Source: an uncultured delta proteobacterium (GTDB lineage: Bacteria > Desulfobacterota > Syntrophia > Syntrophales > UBA2192). From it: a stretch of 64,000 nucleotides of DNA. Every line of letters starts with the position of its first letter. Position 1 is the stretch's first letter. Shown piece after piece: positions 31,308 to 44,324 of this stretch. The stretch is from the NCBI GenBank assembly GCA_963705165.1, contig CAVPJD010000014.1, positions 1 to 64,000 on the forward strand. Direction: 5' to 3'. The position numbers and the translations under genes were made by a program. The notes beneath the pieces are model-generated. The model did no database searches. It was not told the DNA's origin and was given only the letters and a program-made list of their open reading frames with translations.

Positions 31308-31693
31308 CGGTCCATCTTCTCCAGGATTTCGTCCTCTTCCAGCGTGCCGTAGCGCCGATAGATACGCTGCATGAGCGCCAGGGCGACCCCCGTGACGCTG
31401 ACGGAGACCACGATGGCCGTCAACATCAGGACGTGGGGCACCGGGTTGTTGATCAGCGCCGAGTTGACGCCGTGCTCCAGGGCGGCCTGCTTGTCGATGA
31501 TCGGGATCAGGCCGCCTTTTTTCACGCCCGAGGAGATGAACATGAGGATGATGGCGGTCTGGAAGATGTTCATCCCGAGCAGTTTCTTCACGAGGTTGTT
31601 CTTGCCGATCATCGCGTAGAAGCCGATCATCATCAGCACGACGTAAATCCAGTAGTTGTACTTGGCGATGATTTCCGACAGGATCGCTTCCAT
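31304..31693 (-). CDS. mrpC: Mrp subunit C
   Basis: NLVKKLLG, NPVPHVLMLTAIVV, YGTLEED. Confidence 0.92.
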   Translation of the reverse strand: MEAILSEIIAKYNYWIYVVLMMIGFYAMIGKNNLVKKLLGMNIFQTAIILMFISSGVKKGGLIPIIDKQAALEHGVNSALINNPVPHVLMLTAIVVSVSVTGVALALMQRIYRRYGTLEEDEILEKMDR

Positions 31694-31694
31694 C

Positions 31695-32174
31695 TCAGAG
31701 CCCCTTGTCCATGTCCCCGCCCGAGGAAAGATCCCAGAACAGTGACGCCATGATGCTTGTGACCGCCAGCCCCACGCCGAGCTCGACGATGAACACCCCC
31801 ATGGAGCGCCACTCGACCGGCCCGAGCGCCAGGAGGACGTCCATGGCGCTGTAGTCGAGGAAGAGCCCCCCGAGCAGGGCGCACAGCACGCCCGTGCCGG
31901 TGTAGATGAACACGCCGGAGGCTGCCATGACGGCATTGGCCCGGAGGCTGAAGAAGCGCAGCGAGGTCTTCAAATCGAAAGCGATGGCCATCAGGATGAA
32001 CGACGCCCCCAGCACGACCCCGCCCTGGAACCCTCCCCCGGGGCTTACGTGCCCGTGGGCGATCACGTAGAGGCCGAAGAGCTGGATGAAGGGGATCATG
32101 ACCCGCACCCCCATCTCGATGATGAGGCTCGGTCCGATCGGGCGATCCTGCGGCAGGGAGTAATCCTTTTTCAT
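31695..32174 (-). CDS. mrpB: Mrp subunit B (MnhB domain)
   Basis: HGHVSPGGGFQGG motif. Confidence 0.9.
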   Translation of the reverse strand: MKKDYSLPQDRPIGPSLIIEMGVRVMIPFIQLFGLYVIAHGHVSPGGGFQGGVVLGASFILMAIAFDLKTSLRFFSLRANAVMAASGVFIYTGTGVLCALLGGLFLDYSAMDVLLALGPVEWRSMGVFIVELGVGLAVTSIMASLFWDLSSGGDMDKGL

Positions 32175-32443
32175 GCGTCGGGCCTCCTCAGGACGCTGAT
32201 GACCACGATGCCGGCGCAGAAGATGACGACGGTCTCGAACATCGTGTCGTAGCCCCGGTAATCCCCCAGCACGGAGGTCACGGCATTGGGGATATGGGTC
32301 TCCTCCACCGTCCGTTCGATGTAGGTCGGCGAGACGTGACGGGACGCCGGGGCGTTGGGGTCCCCCCAGGGAGGAAAATCGCGCGTGCCGTAGATCAGCA
32401 AGGCGCCGGCGAACAGCGTGGATATGAGGGCGATCCGTTTCAA
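32171..32443 (-). CDS. MrpB/MbhE-like small subunit (TTG start)
   Basis: PNAVTSVLGDYRGYDTMFET motif. Confidence 0.85.
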   Translation of the reverse strand: MKRIALISTLFAGALLIYGTRDFPPWGDPNAPASRHVSPTYIERTVEETHIPNAVTSVLGDYRGYDTMFETVVIFCAGIVVISVLRRPDA

Positions 32444-32685
32444 TCCTTGCTCCTCCTTGTAGTGCGCAGAATCGTCGCGATGAACAGCATCGTGCTGACC
32501 CCGGCGCCGACGGTGGCTTCCGTGAACGCCACGTCCACGGCCCCCATCTCCGCCCAGAGCAGGCACATGAGCAAGCTGTACACGCTGAAGACCAGCGTGG
32601 CGGCAAGCAGGTCTTTCAGGACGATGGTCGTGACCCCGCAGATGACCACCAGGGTCAGAAGCAGCAAGTCGGCCTGCCAGATCAT
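32440..32685 (-). CDS. DUF4040 (MrpA C-terminal/MbhD-like) subunit
   Basis: GAVDVAFTEATVGAG motif. Confidence 0.88.
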   Translation of the reverse strand: MIWQADLLLLTLVVICGVTTIVLKDLLAATLVFSVYSLLMCLLWAEMGAVDVAFTEATVGAGVSTMLFIATILRTTRRSKD

Positions 32686-33008
32686 TTCACCTCCTCCTTC
32701 CTGCGCCAGGGCTCGACGCCCAGGGCAACGGCCGTCTGCATGATGGCATGCGTCGCGGTCGGGCTCGCGACGAAAATGAACACGGCGATAAACAGGATCT
32801 TCAGGCTGACCAGAAGGTCGGCCAGGACGAGGCTCTGGCCGTTGTACAGGGCAAATCCCAGCACCACCAGCACCGCCCCGAGCGAATCGGTCTTCCCGGC
32901 CGCCTGTATCCGCGTGTAGAAATCGGGGAGGCGAAGGATGCCGATGACGCCGAAGGCCAGGACGAGAATCCCCAGGACCAACAGAACGGTCGTCAGGATG
33001 TTGATCAT
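32682..33008 (-). CDS. mrpG: Mrp subunit G
   Basis: GILRLPDFYTRIQAAGK, SPTATHAI. Confidence 0.92.
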   Translation of the reverse strand: MINILTTVLLVLGILVLAFGVIGILRLPDFYTRIQAAGKTDSLGAVLVVLGFALYNGQSLVLADLLVSLKILFIAVFIFVASPTATHAIMQTAVALGVEPWRRKEEVK

Positions 33009-33313
33009 GAACGGGCCTCCCCGTTCGTCGCGCCCCCGCCGGGAGGGTCCCCCGTCGGCCTGTGCTGGAAGTACTTCGCCGCGGCCAGGGTCCCGATGAA
33101 GTTCAGCAGGGCGTAGGCGAGCGCGATGTCCACGAACATGCTCACGTTCTCGAAGAGCACGCCGATGAACAGCAGCAGGATCGTCGCCTTGGTGCCGATC
33201 ATGTTGCCGCCGATGATCCGGTCGAAGACCGACGGCCCGGCAATCATGCGGTACAGCGTCGGGAAGATGAGCAGGATGATGACCACGGCCCCTGCAAGCA
33301 TGACCGTCTGCAT
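33005..33313 (-). CDS. mrpF: Mrp subunit F
   Basis: GPSVFDRI, VDIALAYALLNFIG. Confidence 0.92.
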   Translation of the reverse strand: MQTVMLAGAVVIILLIFPTLYRMIAGPSVFDRIIGGNMIGTKATILLLFIGVLFENVSMFVDIALAYALLNFIGTLAAAKYFQHRPTGDPPGGGATNGEARS

Positions 33314-33795
33314 CAGCGATCCTCCTCGAAGACCTTGCGGATGCGCTCCTCCATGGCACCCGGGCATCCCTCCGCCACGGTGCGGTCCAGCGCGTGAACG
33401 ACGAACTCGTCATCGCGGATGTCTACGGTGATCGTGCCGGGGGTCAGGGTGATGGACTGGGCCAGGGTGACCTTGGAGATCGGCCGCTTGAGGACCGTCC
33501 GGAAACGGATGATCTGCGGGTCGATGATCTCCAGCATGCGGGGGTGGAGAACCACGCGGATGACGTGGATGTTGGCCAGGATGATCTCCCACATCAGGCT
33601 GGGGATGTAGAGGAACCAGCGCGCAAGCCCGCGCAGCCAGGATTTCGCATCGCCGCCCCAGAACAGCAGGCCGCTGCTGAAGTGCGCCACGAGCCCGCAG
33701 CAGATGACGCCGAGGCTCAGGTGGAAGGGGTCGAACATCCCGGAAAGGATGACCCAGACAACGGCCATGATAAGAAAGGTGGCAACTTTCGCCAT
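33313..33795 (-). CDS. mrpE: Mrp subunit E
   Basis: LAQSITLTPGTITV...VHAL. Confidence 0.93.
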   Translation of the reverse strand: MAKVATFLIMAVVWVILSGMFDPFHLSLGVICCGLVAHFSSGLLFWGGDAKSWLRGLARWFLYIPSLMWEIILANIHVIRVVLHPRMLEIIDPQIIRFRTVLKRPISKVTLAQSITLTPGTITVDIRDDEFVVHALDRTVAEGCPGAMEERIRKVFEEDR

Positions 33796-33971
33796 GGTGA
33801 CGCTCTCCGCCCGGTCAAGCCAATAATCTCAAGACGTCTGCAACGCCCGACCACTGGGCATCTTGTCTCCCGGCACTGCACCGGGAACATCGCTTCCAGC
33901 GCCCAATTCGATCGACAGAAACCTTATAACCCGTTGAAAATAGTACAATAATATTGTTAAGTCAACAAAAC

Positions 33972-33999
33972 AAAGGGGCCGGGATGATTTCCCGGCCCC
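33972..33999 (-). terminator. Probable terminator after the atp operon
   Basis: GGGGCCGGGA-TGATT-TCCCGGCCCC with an A-rich flank (T-rich on the minus strand). Confidence 0.65.
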
Positions 34000-34022
34000 G
34001 ATATTTGATTTTCAGAAAACAG

Positions 34023-34430
34023 TTAGTGCTGACCGGCGATCTTGATCCGGAGCTCGGCCAGTTCGAGGGCGACCTTGGCCTTCTCGAACTCCGGGTCCTC
34101 CTTGGCGAACTTCGCCATCTTCTGCTCGGAGGCTTCCTTGGCCCGCCTGGCGCGATCCACGTCGATCTGATCGGCCCGCTCGGCCGTCTCGACGAGCACC
34201 GTCACCTTGCTTCCCGTCACCTCGGCATAGCCCGTGTTGACGGCGTAGCTTGTCCGCTTTCCGTCCTTCAGGTAGCTCAACTCCCCGAACTTGATGGCCG
34301 AAAGCAACGACGCATGGCCCCTCAGGACGCCGAATTCCCCTTCGCTCCCGGGACAGGTCACTTCATCGATCGTGCCGCTGAAGGCCAGCTTCTCCGGGGT
34401 CACGATTTCCAGCAAGAGTTCCTCTGCCAT
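34023..34430 (-). CDS. atpC: ATP synthase F1 epsilon
   Basis: [22 protein letters not shown]. Confidence 0.96.
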   Translation of the reverse strand: MAEELLLEIVTPEKLAFSGTIDEVTCPGSEGEFGVLRGHASLLSAIKFGELSYLKDGKRTSYAVNTGYAEVTGSKVTVLVETAERADQIDVDRARRAKEASEQKMAKFAKEDPEFEKAKVALELAELRIKIAGQH

Positions 34431-34450
34431 TCGAATCTCCTCCGGCCCGG

Positions 34451-35896
<1,446 letters not shown>

Positions 35897-35936
35897 TCAG
35901 GGCCGGTGCGCCCCGCAGGGGGACCCGTCCGGTTTA

Positions 35937-36806
35937 TCAGCCTGACTTGAGGGCCTCGGTACCGCCCACGATATCCATGAGCTCCATCGTGATGGCCTGC
36001 TGCCTCGCCTTGTTGTATTTCAGGCTCAATGAGCGGACCATATCCTCGCAGTTGGTCGTGGCGTTGTCCATGGACACCATACGGGCGCCGTGCTCGCCGG
36101 CCGAGGTCTCGAGCAGGGCGCGGTATATGAGGACGCGCAGGTACATCGGGAGCAGCTGGTCGAGCAAAACCTCGTCGGAGGGCTCGTAGATGTAGTCGAT
36201 CCGCTTGTCGATGTCCACGTCCTCGCCCCCGATGGAAGGCAGGGGCAGGAGCCTCACGGTCTTGGGCTTCTGGATGCCGACGTTACGGAACTCGCTGTAG
36301 ATCAGGTACAGCTCGTCGTACTCCTCGGCCACGAAGGCCGGAATCGCATCCTCCCCGACGGCGATGGCGAGGTTCATGTCGAACTTCTTCAAGACGTCGG
36401 CGTGGGCATGGACGATCTTCGCCTTTTTTCGGAAGTAGTCGCGGGCTTTGCGACCCACGGGGATGAGCGATACGTCCTTGCCTTCCTTCGTTTTGGCCGC
36501 CATGAACTGTTCGGCCATCTTGAGCAGGTTCGTGTTGAAGCTCCCGCAAAGCCCCCTGTCGGAGGTCATGAGGATGACCCGGATCCGCCGGGGGTCCCTC
36601 ACGGCCAGAAGGCCGTGGGCCCTCGTGTCCACGCGCAGGGCCAGGCTGCTCAGCACGTCCATGAACTTGATTGCGTAGGGCCTGAAATTCTCCATCCGCA
36701 TCTGGGCGTTTTTGAGCTTCGAGGCCGCGACCATGTTCATGGCCCGGGTGATCTGCTTGGTCTTGCCAACCGCGGTGATCTGTCGCTTGATGTCTCTCAG
36801 TGCCAT
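35937..36806 (-). CDS. atpG: ATP synthase F1 gamma
   Basis: ITRAMNMVAASK, SDRGLCG, NKARQQAITMEL. Confidence 0.97.
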   Translation of the reverse strand: MALRDIKRQITAVGKTKQITRAMNMVAASKLKNAQMRMENFRPYAIKFMDVLSSLALRVDTRAHGLLAVRDPRRIRVILMTSDRGLCGSFNTNLLKMAEQFMAAKTKEGKDVSLIPVGRKARDYFRKKAKIVHAHADVLKKFDMNLAIAVGEDAIPAFVAEEYDELYLIYSEFRNVGIQKPKTVRLLPLPSIGGEDVDIDKRIDYIYEPSDEVLLDQLLPMYLRVLIYRALLETSAGEHGARMVSMDNATTNCEDMVRSLSLKYNKARQQAITMELMDIVGGTEALKSG

Positions 36807-36910
36807 TCTCTATCTCTCTTCCCGTACGTTTCCGTCACCCGGCTTGAGCCGGGCGCCGGCAGGCGAGGCGCCGCCGGGGCCCGACGTGGGTGTCATGCAG
36901 ACATGCAAGA

Positions 36911-38431
<1,521 letters not shown>

Positions 38432-38435
38432 TCGC

Positions 38436-38981
38436 CTATCTCTCCTCTCCTAAGAGCTTCCTTATATTACCCAGTTGTGTTTTGATACTCCCGTCGTACA
38501 TGGTATCCCCTACCCGGACGATGAGTCCGCCGATGAGCGAGGCGTCGTCCTCGACGGTCATTTCCACTTCCTTGCCCGTCATCTCGGCCACCCGCTGCTT
38601 GAGGGCCCCCTCCAGCTCGGAGGTGAGCGGGTAGGGGGTCTTCACGGACACGCGGACTTTTTTCAGGGACTTGTCCATGAACTCCCTGTATGCGTTCTCG
38701 ATCTCCCCGAGGAAGTTGATCCTCTGCTTGTCCACCAGGAGTCTCAGGAAGTTGGCCGTTCGGCCGGAGATCTGGGTACGACCCAGAAGCTCCTCGATGA
38801 CGTTCTTCTTGGACTTCAGCTCGAAGATCGGATTGGCAAGAAACTCCTGCAGAGCCTTGTTCTGCACGATGAGGGACGCGAAGGCGGCCAGCTCCCTGCC
38901 GTAGTCCTCGATTTTCCCTTCCTCGACGGCGATGTCAAAAAAGGCCCTTGCGTAACGCTTTGCCAGATCGCTGCTGATCAA
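38436..38981 (-). CDS. atpH: ATP synthase delta
   Basis: [24 protein letters not shown]. Confidence 0.96.
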   Translation of the reverse strand: MISSDLAKRYARAFFDIAVEEGKIEDYGRELAAFASLIVQNKALQEFLANPIFELKSKKNVIEELLGRTQISGRTANFLRLLVDKQRINFLGEIENAYREFMDKSLKKVRVSVKTPYPLTSELEGALKQRVAEMTGKEVEMTVEDDASLIGGLIVRVGDTMYDGSIKTQLGNIRKLLGEER

Positions 38982-39586
38982 TTTTTCTTCACCATCCTGT
39001 CAAGGTATTCGCGAACCATGCCCTCATGGTCTTCTTTTGTGACTTTCTTCTTGAGAATGTCCTCGGCCATCTGGACGGCCAGCTCGGAAGCCTCCAGCCG
39101 CAGCTCATTCTTGGCCTTCTTGAGCTCCTGTTCCATCCGCGCCTTGGCGTCTTCCTTCATCTTCTCGGCGACGCGCCCGGCGTCGGAGATGATCCTCTTC
39201 TTCTCCTCCTCGCCCTGGGCCTTGATCATGGCGGAGATGCCCTGGATCTCTTCCTCGGCCTTTTTGATCTTCTCGTCATACTCCTTGAACTTCTTCTCCG
39301 CATCGGCCTTGACCACTTCAGCTTCCTCCAGGGATATCTTGATCCCCTCGCGGCGGCCTGCAAAGAAGCTCTGCATCTTCTTCCACATCAGCTTATACAG
39401 GATGAAAAGCAGGATGAGAAAGTTAAGGATCCTCCAGGCGAAATCGATCAGCTGGGCCTTTTGATCCACTTCCTCCCCGCCGCCGGCCGCCCAGGCGATG
39501 GCTGCGACCCCGATGATCCCGAGAGCCGTCACCACGCTGCACCATGCGGATTTACTCAGAAAAAGCGTCCTTACCCCTTTGCTCAT
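38978..39586 (-). CDS. atpF: ATP synthase F0 subunit b
   Basis: TM (WRILNF) followed by a long charged coiled coil; operon position. Confidence 0.9.
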   Translation of the reverse strand: MSKGVRTLFLSKSAWCSVVTALGIIGVAAIAWAAGGGEEVDQKAQLIDFAWRILNFLILLFILYKLMWKKMQSFFAGRREGIKISLEEAEVVKADAEKKFKEYDEKIKKAEEEIQGISAMIKAQGEEEKKRIISDAGRVAEKMKEDAKARMEQELKKAKNELRLEASELAVQMAEDILKKKVTKEDHEGMVREYLDRMVKKN

Positions 39587-40011
39587 TGGATGCTCCTTCC
39601 CAGGACCTTTTCGGCAATTTCAGAAGAGATTCTCAGGGACTGATTCCGCAAGAGCTCTCTGGCCGATGTCAGTTCCTTCTCCAGTTTCGCCTGAAATTCG
39701 CTCATCATCCCGGAGATTTCGCCCTTGGCCTTGTCGGTGATCACCTTGGCGGCCTCGGAGCCCTCTTTCTGGAGATCGCCCTTCTGGCCCATTGCCTCCA
39801 TCTTGGCGGCCCGGATCTTGTCCTCGTACGCGGCCACGCGCCGGTCAATCGTCTCCTGGACGGACTTGACCTCTTCCTGGGCCTTGTCCAGGATTTCCTT
39901 CCTGCGGTCTATGATACGCAGGAGCGGCTTGTAAAGCACTTGATTCAGGATCCAGATCAGAAGGAGGAAATTGAAAAGCTGGATGAATACGGTGAGATTG
40001 ATATCGACCAT
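39583..40011 (-). CDS. ATP synthase F0 subunit b'
   Basis: IQLFNFLLLIWILNQVLYKP...R; second b-type paralog. Confidence 0.9.
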   Translation of the reverse strand: MVDINLTVFIQLFNFLLLIWILNQVLYKPLLRIIDRRKEILDKAQEEVKSVQETIDRRVAAYEDKIRAAKMEAMGQKGDLQKEGSEAAKVITDKAKGEISGMMSEFQAKLEKELTSARELLRNQSLRISSEIAEKVLGRSIQ

Positions 40012-40341
40012 CTGCCTACCTACCTCTCTCTCGCTCTCTCTTGTGCAGGCACAAAAAAACCGAGCAAACTACGAATTCACCCGGTCGGGTACAGAAACAC
40101 ACTACGGAGGTCCATGGCAGCTACACGGAGCAAACGGGCTTCTAAACTGTCAGAATAAATGGCGTTTTTCATGAAACGTCCCTTTGCGCCGTCCTGCTGA
40201 AACCGCGGCTTTCTAATCACAAACGCTTAAAATTGTCAAGCTTTTTTTCCCCTTGAAACGGGGGCTCCGGTCCGATCCGGGACAAAGCCCGGCATGCGGC
40301 AGGAATGCAGGACCGCGCAGCGGAGAAATATTGCGGAACCG

Positions 40342-40713
40342 TTACGGTTTTTCAGTTGTTTTGGCCGCCGTCCCTTTCTCCATCTGGCAGTTCCCCTCGA
40401 AGAGGCCCCCCTCATGGACGACGAAAATGCTCGTCTTGATGTCCCCGAAAAACTTGCCCGTCGTATCGATTTCCATTCGTTCCCCGACTTCCACGGCCCC
40501 GCGGACATCGCCGCCGACCATCAGGCTGTCGACGTTGATATTCGCCTCGATCCGGGCGCTCTGGCCAACCATGAGGGTGCCTTTGCCCAGGATCTCGCCC
40601 TTGAACTTGCCGTCAAGCCGGACGGCGCCCGTGAAGATGAGCTTCCCCTCGAACTCGGTCCCCTCCCCGAGGAAGGCCTTGATCTCGATTTCTTTCTTCC
40701 CTTTGTTCAACAT
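40342..40713 (-). CDS. Bactofilin (polymer-forming cytoskeletal protein)
   Basis: LGEGTEFEGKL.F.G.VRLDG...GDI...GGLFEGNC. Confidence 0.92.
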   Translation of the reverse strand: MLNKGKKEIEIKAFLGEGTEFEGKLIFTGAVRLDGKFKGEILGKGTLMVGQSARIEANINVDSLMVGGDVRGAVEVGERMEIDTTGKFFGDIKTSIFVVHEGGLFEGNCQMEKGTAAKTTEKP

Positions 40714-40731
40714 GGCAATCTCCTTCGGAGA

Positions 40732-40811
40732 GGCTTAGGGCATAAGGCTCAGGGCTTATGGCCTAGGGAAGAAGAATCCCATCTTCGCCTTAAGCCTTAA
40801 GCCTTAAGCCT
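40732..40811. repeat. Inverted pair of heptamer arrays (GGCTTAG-like / GCCTTAA)
   Basis: 5 degenerate units at 40732-40766 and 3.5 GCCTTAA units at 40787-40811. Confidence 0.75.
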
Positions 40812-40817
40812 CGTTTT

Positions 40818-41918
40818 TTACGATTGCAGCACATACCTGCGCATGCTCACATTCATCAGGAGTCCCATGGCCACCATCATCTTCACCATCGAGGAGCCGC
40901 CGTAGCTGAAAAACGGAAGTGGAATCCCCACGACGGGAAGAATCCCCAGGACCATGGCCACGTTGATGAAGACCCCCCAGAAGATCATCATGGTCACTCC
41001 GTAGGCGATGAGCGTTCCCAGGAAATCCCGGGAGTGCTGGGCAATCTTGAGCCCCCAGAGGATCAGGGACAGCATGAGAACCAGCAAGAGCAGGGCGCCC
41101 ATGAAACCCCACTCCTCGGCAAAAACGGAGAAGACGAAGTCGGTCTGCTGCTCGGGAAGGAATTTCAGCTGGCTCTGGGTCCCCTTCATGAACCCCTTGC
41201 CGAAGATCCCCCCGGATCCGACGGCGATGATCGACTGGATGATGTGGTACCCCGACCCCAGGGGGTCCCTCTCCGGGTCAAGGAACGTCAGCACCCTCTC
41301 CTTCTGGTACTCCGCCAGGAAGTTCCACCCCAGGGGAATGATGAGGAGCCCGACGGCGGCGAGACTCAGGAGAGTCCTCAACCGGATCCCGACGAAAAGA
41401 ACCATGGACCCGAAAAGGATCATGAGCATCAGGGCCGTCCCCAGGTCCGGCTGCTTTAATACCAGAACAAAGGGGACAAGGACAATCAAAAAGGGCACGA
41501 CCAGTTCACGGATCCCGTATTGTTCCTCCGCCCGGTGGTCGTTGAAATACTTCGCCAGCGCCAGGATCAGGGTGATCTTCACCATCTCGGAGGGCTGCAT
41601 GGTAAAGCCCCCCAGGTTGATCCAGCGCTGGGAGCCCTTCGTCACCGCGCCGACGGCGAAGACGGCGATGAGGAGCACAATGGCCAGCCCGTGTATCACG
41701 TAGGCATACCGGGCGATCCAGCGGTAATCGAAGGCAAAGGTGAGGGCCATGACGAAGATCCCGAGCAGGACCCAGCGGATCTGCTTGAGGTAGGGCTCCC
41801 CTGAAATTCCATAGCCGGCGCTGTAGAGGTTCAATACGCCGATGCCGACGATCAGCGCAATGAACAGCACCAGCATCCAGTCGAAGTTGAAGATGAGCCG
41901 ACGGTCGACCTTCATCAT
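40818..41918 (-). CDS. rodA: Rod shape-determining protein RodA
   Basis: QRWI, QPSE, QPDLGT, FLPEQQTDFVF, PFFSYGGSS. Confidence 0.96.
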   Translation of the reverse strand: MMKVDRRLIFNFDWMLVLFIALIVGIGVLNLYSAGYGISGEPYLKQIRWVLLGIFVMALTFAFDYRWIARYAYVIHGLAIVLLIAVFAVGAVTKGSQRWINLGGFTMQPSEMVKITLILALAKYFNDHRAEEQYGIRELVVPFLIVLVPFVLVLKQPDLGTALMLMILFGSMVLFVGIRLRTLLSLAAVGLLIIPLGWNFLAEYQKERVLTFLDPERDPLGSGYHIIQSIIAVGSGGIFGKGFMKGTQSQLKFLPEQQTDFVFSVFAEEWGFMGALLLLVLMLSLILWGLKIAQHSRDFLGTLIAYGVTMMIFWGVFINVAMVLGILPVVGIPLPFFSYGGSSMVKMMVAMGLLMNVSMRRYVLQS

Positions 41919-43753
41919 TTCGTCTTCCCCGCAAAATAGGCTTCGATGACTTTTCTGGCCACCGGCGCCGCCACCGACCCGCCATGCCCCGAGTGTTCGG
42001 CCACCACGGCAACGACGATCTCCGGGTTGTCCCGGGGCGCAAAACTGACGAAGAGGGCATGGTCGCGGTACTCGTAGGGGTAAGACGAGCCGTCGTCCCC
42101 CTCGGCCATCCCGATGACCTGCGCCGTCCCCGTCTTGCCGGCCACGTCCCTGCCGGCCACACGGGCCTGGCCACCCGTCCCCCCCGCCTCGTTCACCACG
42201 CCCCACAGCGCTTTTTTCAGGAGCTGGATGTTCTCCTGGCTCACGGGGAGCACAGCCTTTTTCTCGGGACGGAATTCTTCGATGATCTCCCCTTCATCGG
42301 TCTCCACGCGCTTCACGATCCTCGGGGTGAAAAACACGCCGTTGTTGGCAACAGCCGCGAAGGCATTGGCCAGCTGGATCGGCGTCGCCGTGTTGTAGCC
42401 CTGGCCGATGGCAATCGAGATCGTCTCGCCGGGCTGCCAGGGGACCCCGAATCGGGTAAGCTTCCACTCCCTCGTAGGGATGAGCCCCCTTCGTTCGCCC
42501 GCCAGGTCGACCCCCGTACGGCTCCCCAGCCCGAAGGCCTGGGCGTACTGGGCAAGCCGGTCCACGCCGAGGAGCTTGCCCACGTTGTAGAAGTAGACAT
42601 CGCAGGACTCAACGATGGCCCGGTGCAGGCTTACCCGGCCATGGCCTTGCTTGCGCCAGCAGCGGAAGTTGCGTGTCCCCATTTCGAAATGCCCCGGGCA
42701 GTTGAAGGCCGTCTCCGGCGTGACGATCCCTTCCTCCAGGGCCGCCGCTGCCACGATGAGCTTGTAGGTGGAACCGGGCGGATACTGGCCCGCGACGGCC
42801 CGGTTTTCCATGGGATGCCGCGGGTTCGTGGAGAGTTTCTCCCACAGATCCGTTGTGATCCCCCGGTTGAAGAGGTTGGGGTCGAATCCCGGGCGGCTTA
42901 CCAGGGCGAGGATGGACCCATCCCGGGGATCGAGAGCCACGACGGCCCCCGCCTTTCCTTCCATGGCCGCCCAGGCCGCCTTCTGTACCTGCGAATCCAG
43001 GGAGAGGACAACCCGGTAGCCCTGTGCGGGCTCGACCCGCCCCAGGGTCTTGACCTTCTTGCCGATGACGTTGACCTCGACCTGCTCCCCGCCCGCCTTG
43101 CCCCGGATGAAGGGGTCGAGGGCCTTTTCGAGACCGAACTTCCCGATGAAATCGCCGCTCTTGTAACCGGCCGATTTGTCTCGCGCGAGATCGTCGCGGC
43201 TCACCTCGCCGATGTAGCCGATGACATGGGCCATCATCTCTCCGTAGTAGTATTCCCGGACGGGCATGACGTCGATGCCCACGCCGGGCAGCTCCAGGGA
43301 GTGCGTCTCGATGAGGGCAAGCTTCTCCCGGCTCACATTGCGGTCGACCCGCAGCGGGGAGAAGGGCCTGCGGTTTTCGAGAATGGTTTCGTAGTCCATG
43401 GGGAAGGTCAGGCTGACCTTCGCATAGAGTGTCTCCAGCCTCTCCACGAGCCCCTTGAGGTCCTTCACGTCCTCGGGGAAGATCACCACGTCGAAAGACG
43501 GCCGGTTCTCCACGAGAACGACGCCCCTAGAATCGAGGATGATCCCCCGCATCGCCTTCACTTCACGGATGCGGATGCGGTTGTTTTCGGAGCGCTTGAG
43601 GAGATCCTCACCCTTGATGATCTGCAGGTACCACAGCCGCAGGACGAGAATGCATACGGCCACGAGGATCACCCAGAAGAAGAAGGTGAACCGCTGGCGG
43701 TACTCGCCCGGGTCATACCGGACAAGCTTATCGGGCTTCGCCAGCATGGACAT
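41915..43753 (-). CDS. mrdA: Penicillin-binding protein 2
   Basis: YPPGSTYK (SxxK), SCD (SxN-like), KTGTAQ. Confidence 0.96.
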   Translation of the reverse strand: MSMLAKPDKLVRYDPGEYRQRFTFFFWVILVAVCILVLRLWYLQIIKGEDLLKRSENNRIRIREVKAMRGIILDSRGVVLVENRPSFDVVIFPEDVKDLKGLVERLETLYAKVSLTFPMDYETILENRRPFSPLRVDRNVSREKLALIETHSLELPGVGIDVMPVREYYYGEMMAHVIGYIGEVSRDDLARDKSAGYKSGDFIGKFGLEKALDPFIRGKAGGEQVEVNVIGKKVKTLGRVEPAQGYRVVLSLDSQVQKAAWAAMEGKAGAVVALDPRDGSILALVSRPGFDPNLFNRGITTDLWEKLSTNPRHPMENRAVAGQYPPGSTYKLIVAAAALEEGIVTPETAFNCPGHFEMGTRNFRCWRKQGHGRVSLHRAIVESCDVYFYNVGKLLGVDRLAQYAQAFGLGSRTGVDLAGERRGLIPTREWKLTRFGVPWQPGETISIAIGQGYNTATPIQLANAFAAVANNGVFFTPRIVKRVETDEGEIIEEFRPEKKAVLPVSQENIQLLKKALWGVVNEAGGTGGQARVAGRDVAGKTGTAQVIGMAEGDDGSSYPYEYRDHALFVSFAPRDNPEIVVAVVAEHSGHGGSVAAPVARKVIEAYFAGKTK

Positions 43754-44225
43754 AGACCTCCAGGCGATTGAACAGGGCGAAGAGAGCGGGACTCAGGACC
43801 CCTGCGACCAGGGCCTGGGGAAGATAGGTCCGAAGCAGGCCCTGCGACACGTCGGTGCCGTAGACGGACCAGTAAACGGCGAAGATGAAAAGCCCCTCCA
43901 GCAGCACGCACAGAAACGTATAGCCCATGATGAAAAGCATCCGCTCCCCGTAGATTCTTGGAGAGAGCAGATAGGAGAGGGTGAAGATCAGGACATAGGT
44001 GAAGGTGTAGAGCCCCATGATCGTGCCCGACACGCAGTCCAGGAGGAACCCCGCAAGAAAGGCGAGGACTCCCCCCCTCACCACGTCGAGGTGAAAACCG
44101 GCATAGATCACGAGGATGAGGGACACTTCGACGCCGATCCGGCCGCCGAACAACAGGTCCAGCAGCGTTCTCTGGAGAACGACGAGCAGGATCGTGAAGA
44201 AGGGAAGAAAAATATAATACGCCAT
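43728..44225 (-). CDS. mreD: Rod shape-determining protein MreD
   Basis: Multi-TM protein between mreC and mrdA; GFLLD..SG. Confidence 0.8.
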   Translation of the reverse strand: MAYYIFLPFFTILLVVLQRTLLDLLFGGRIGVEVSLILVIYAGFHLDVVRGGVLAFLAGFLLDCVSGTIMGLYTFTYVLIFTLSYLLSPRIYGERMLFIMGYTFLCVLLEGLFIFAVYWSVYGTDVSQGLLRTYLPQALVAGVLSPALFALFNRLEVYVHAGEAR

Positions 44226-44228
44226 AAT

Positions 44229-44322
44229 CAGGGTCCAGGGTCCAGGGTCCAGGGTCCAGGGTTCAAGAAAAAAACGAAATCTGCTTCCTTCCCGATACCC
44301 TATACCCTATACCCGATACCCT
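44229..44322. repeat. Inverted pair of heptamer arrays (CAGGGTC / CCCTATA-like)
   Basis: (CAGGGTC)x4 at 44229-44256; CCC(G/T)ATA x4 at 44291-44318. Confidence 0.8.
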
Positions 44323-44324
44323 CG

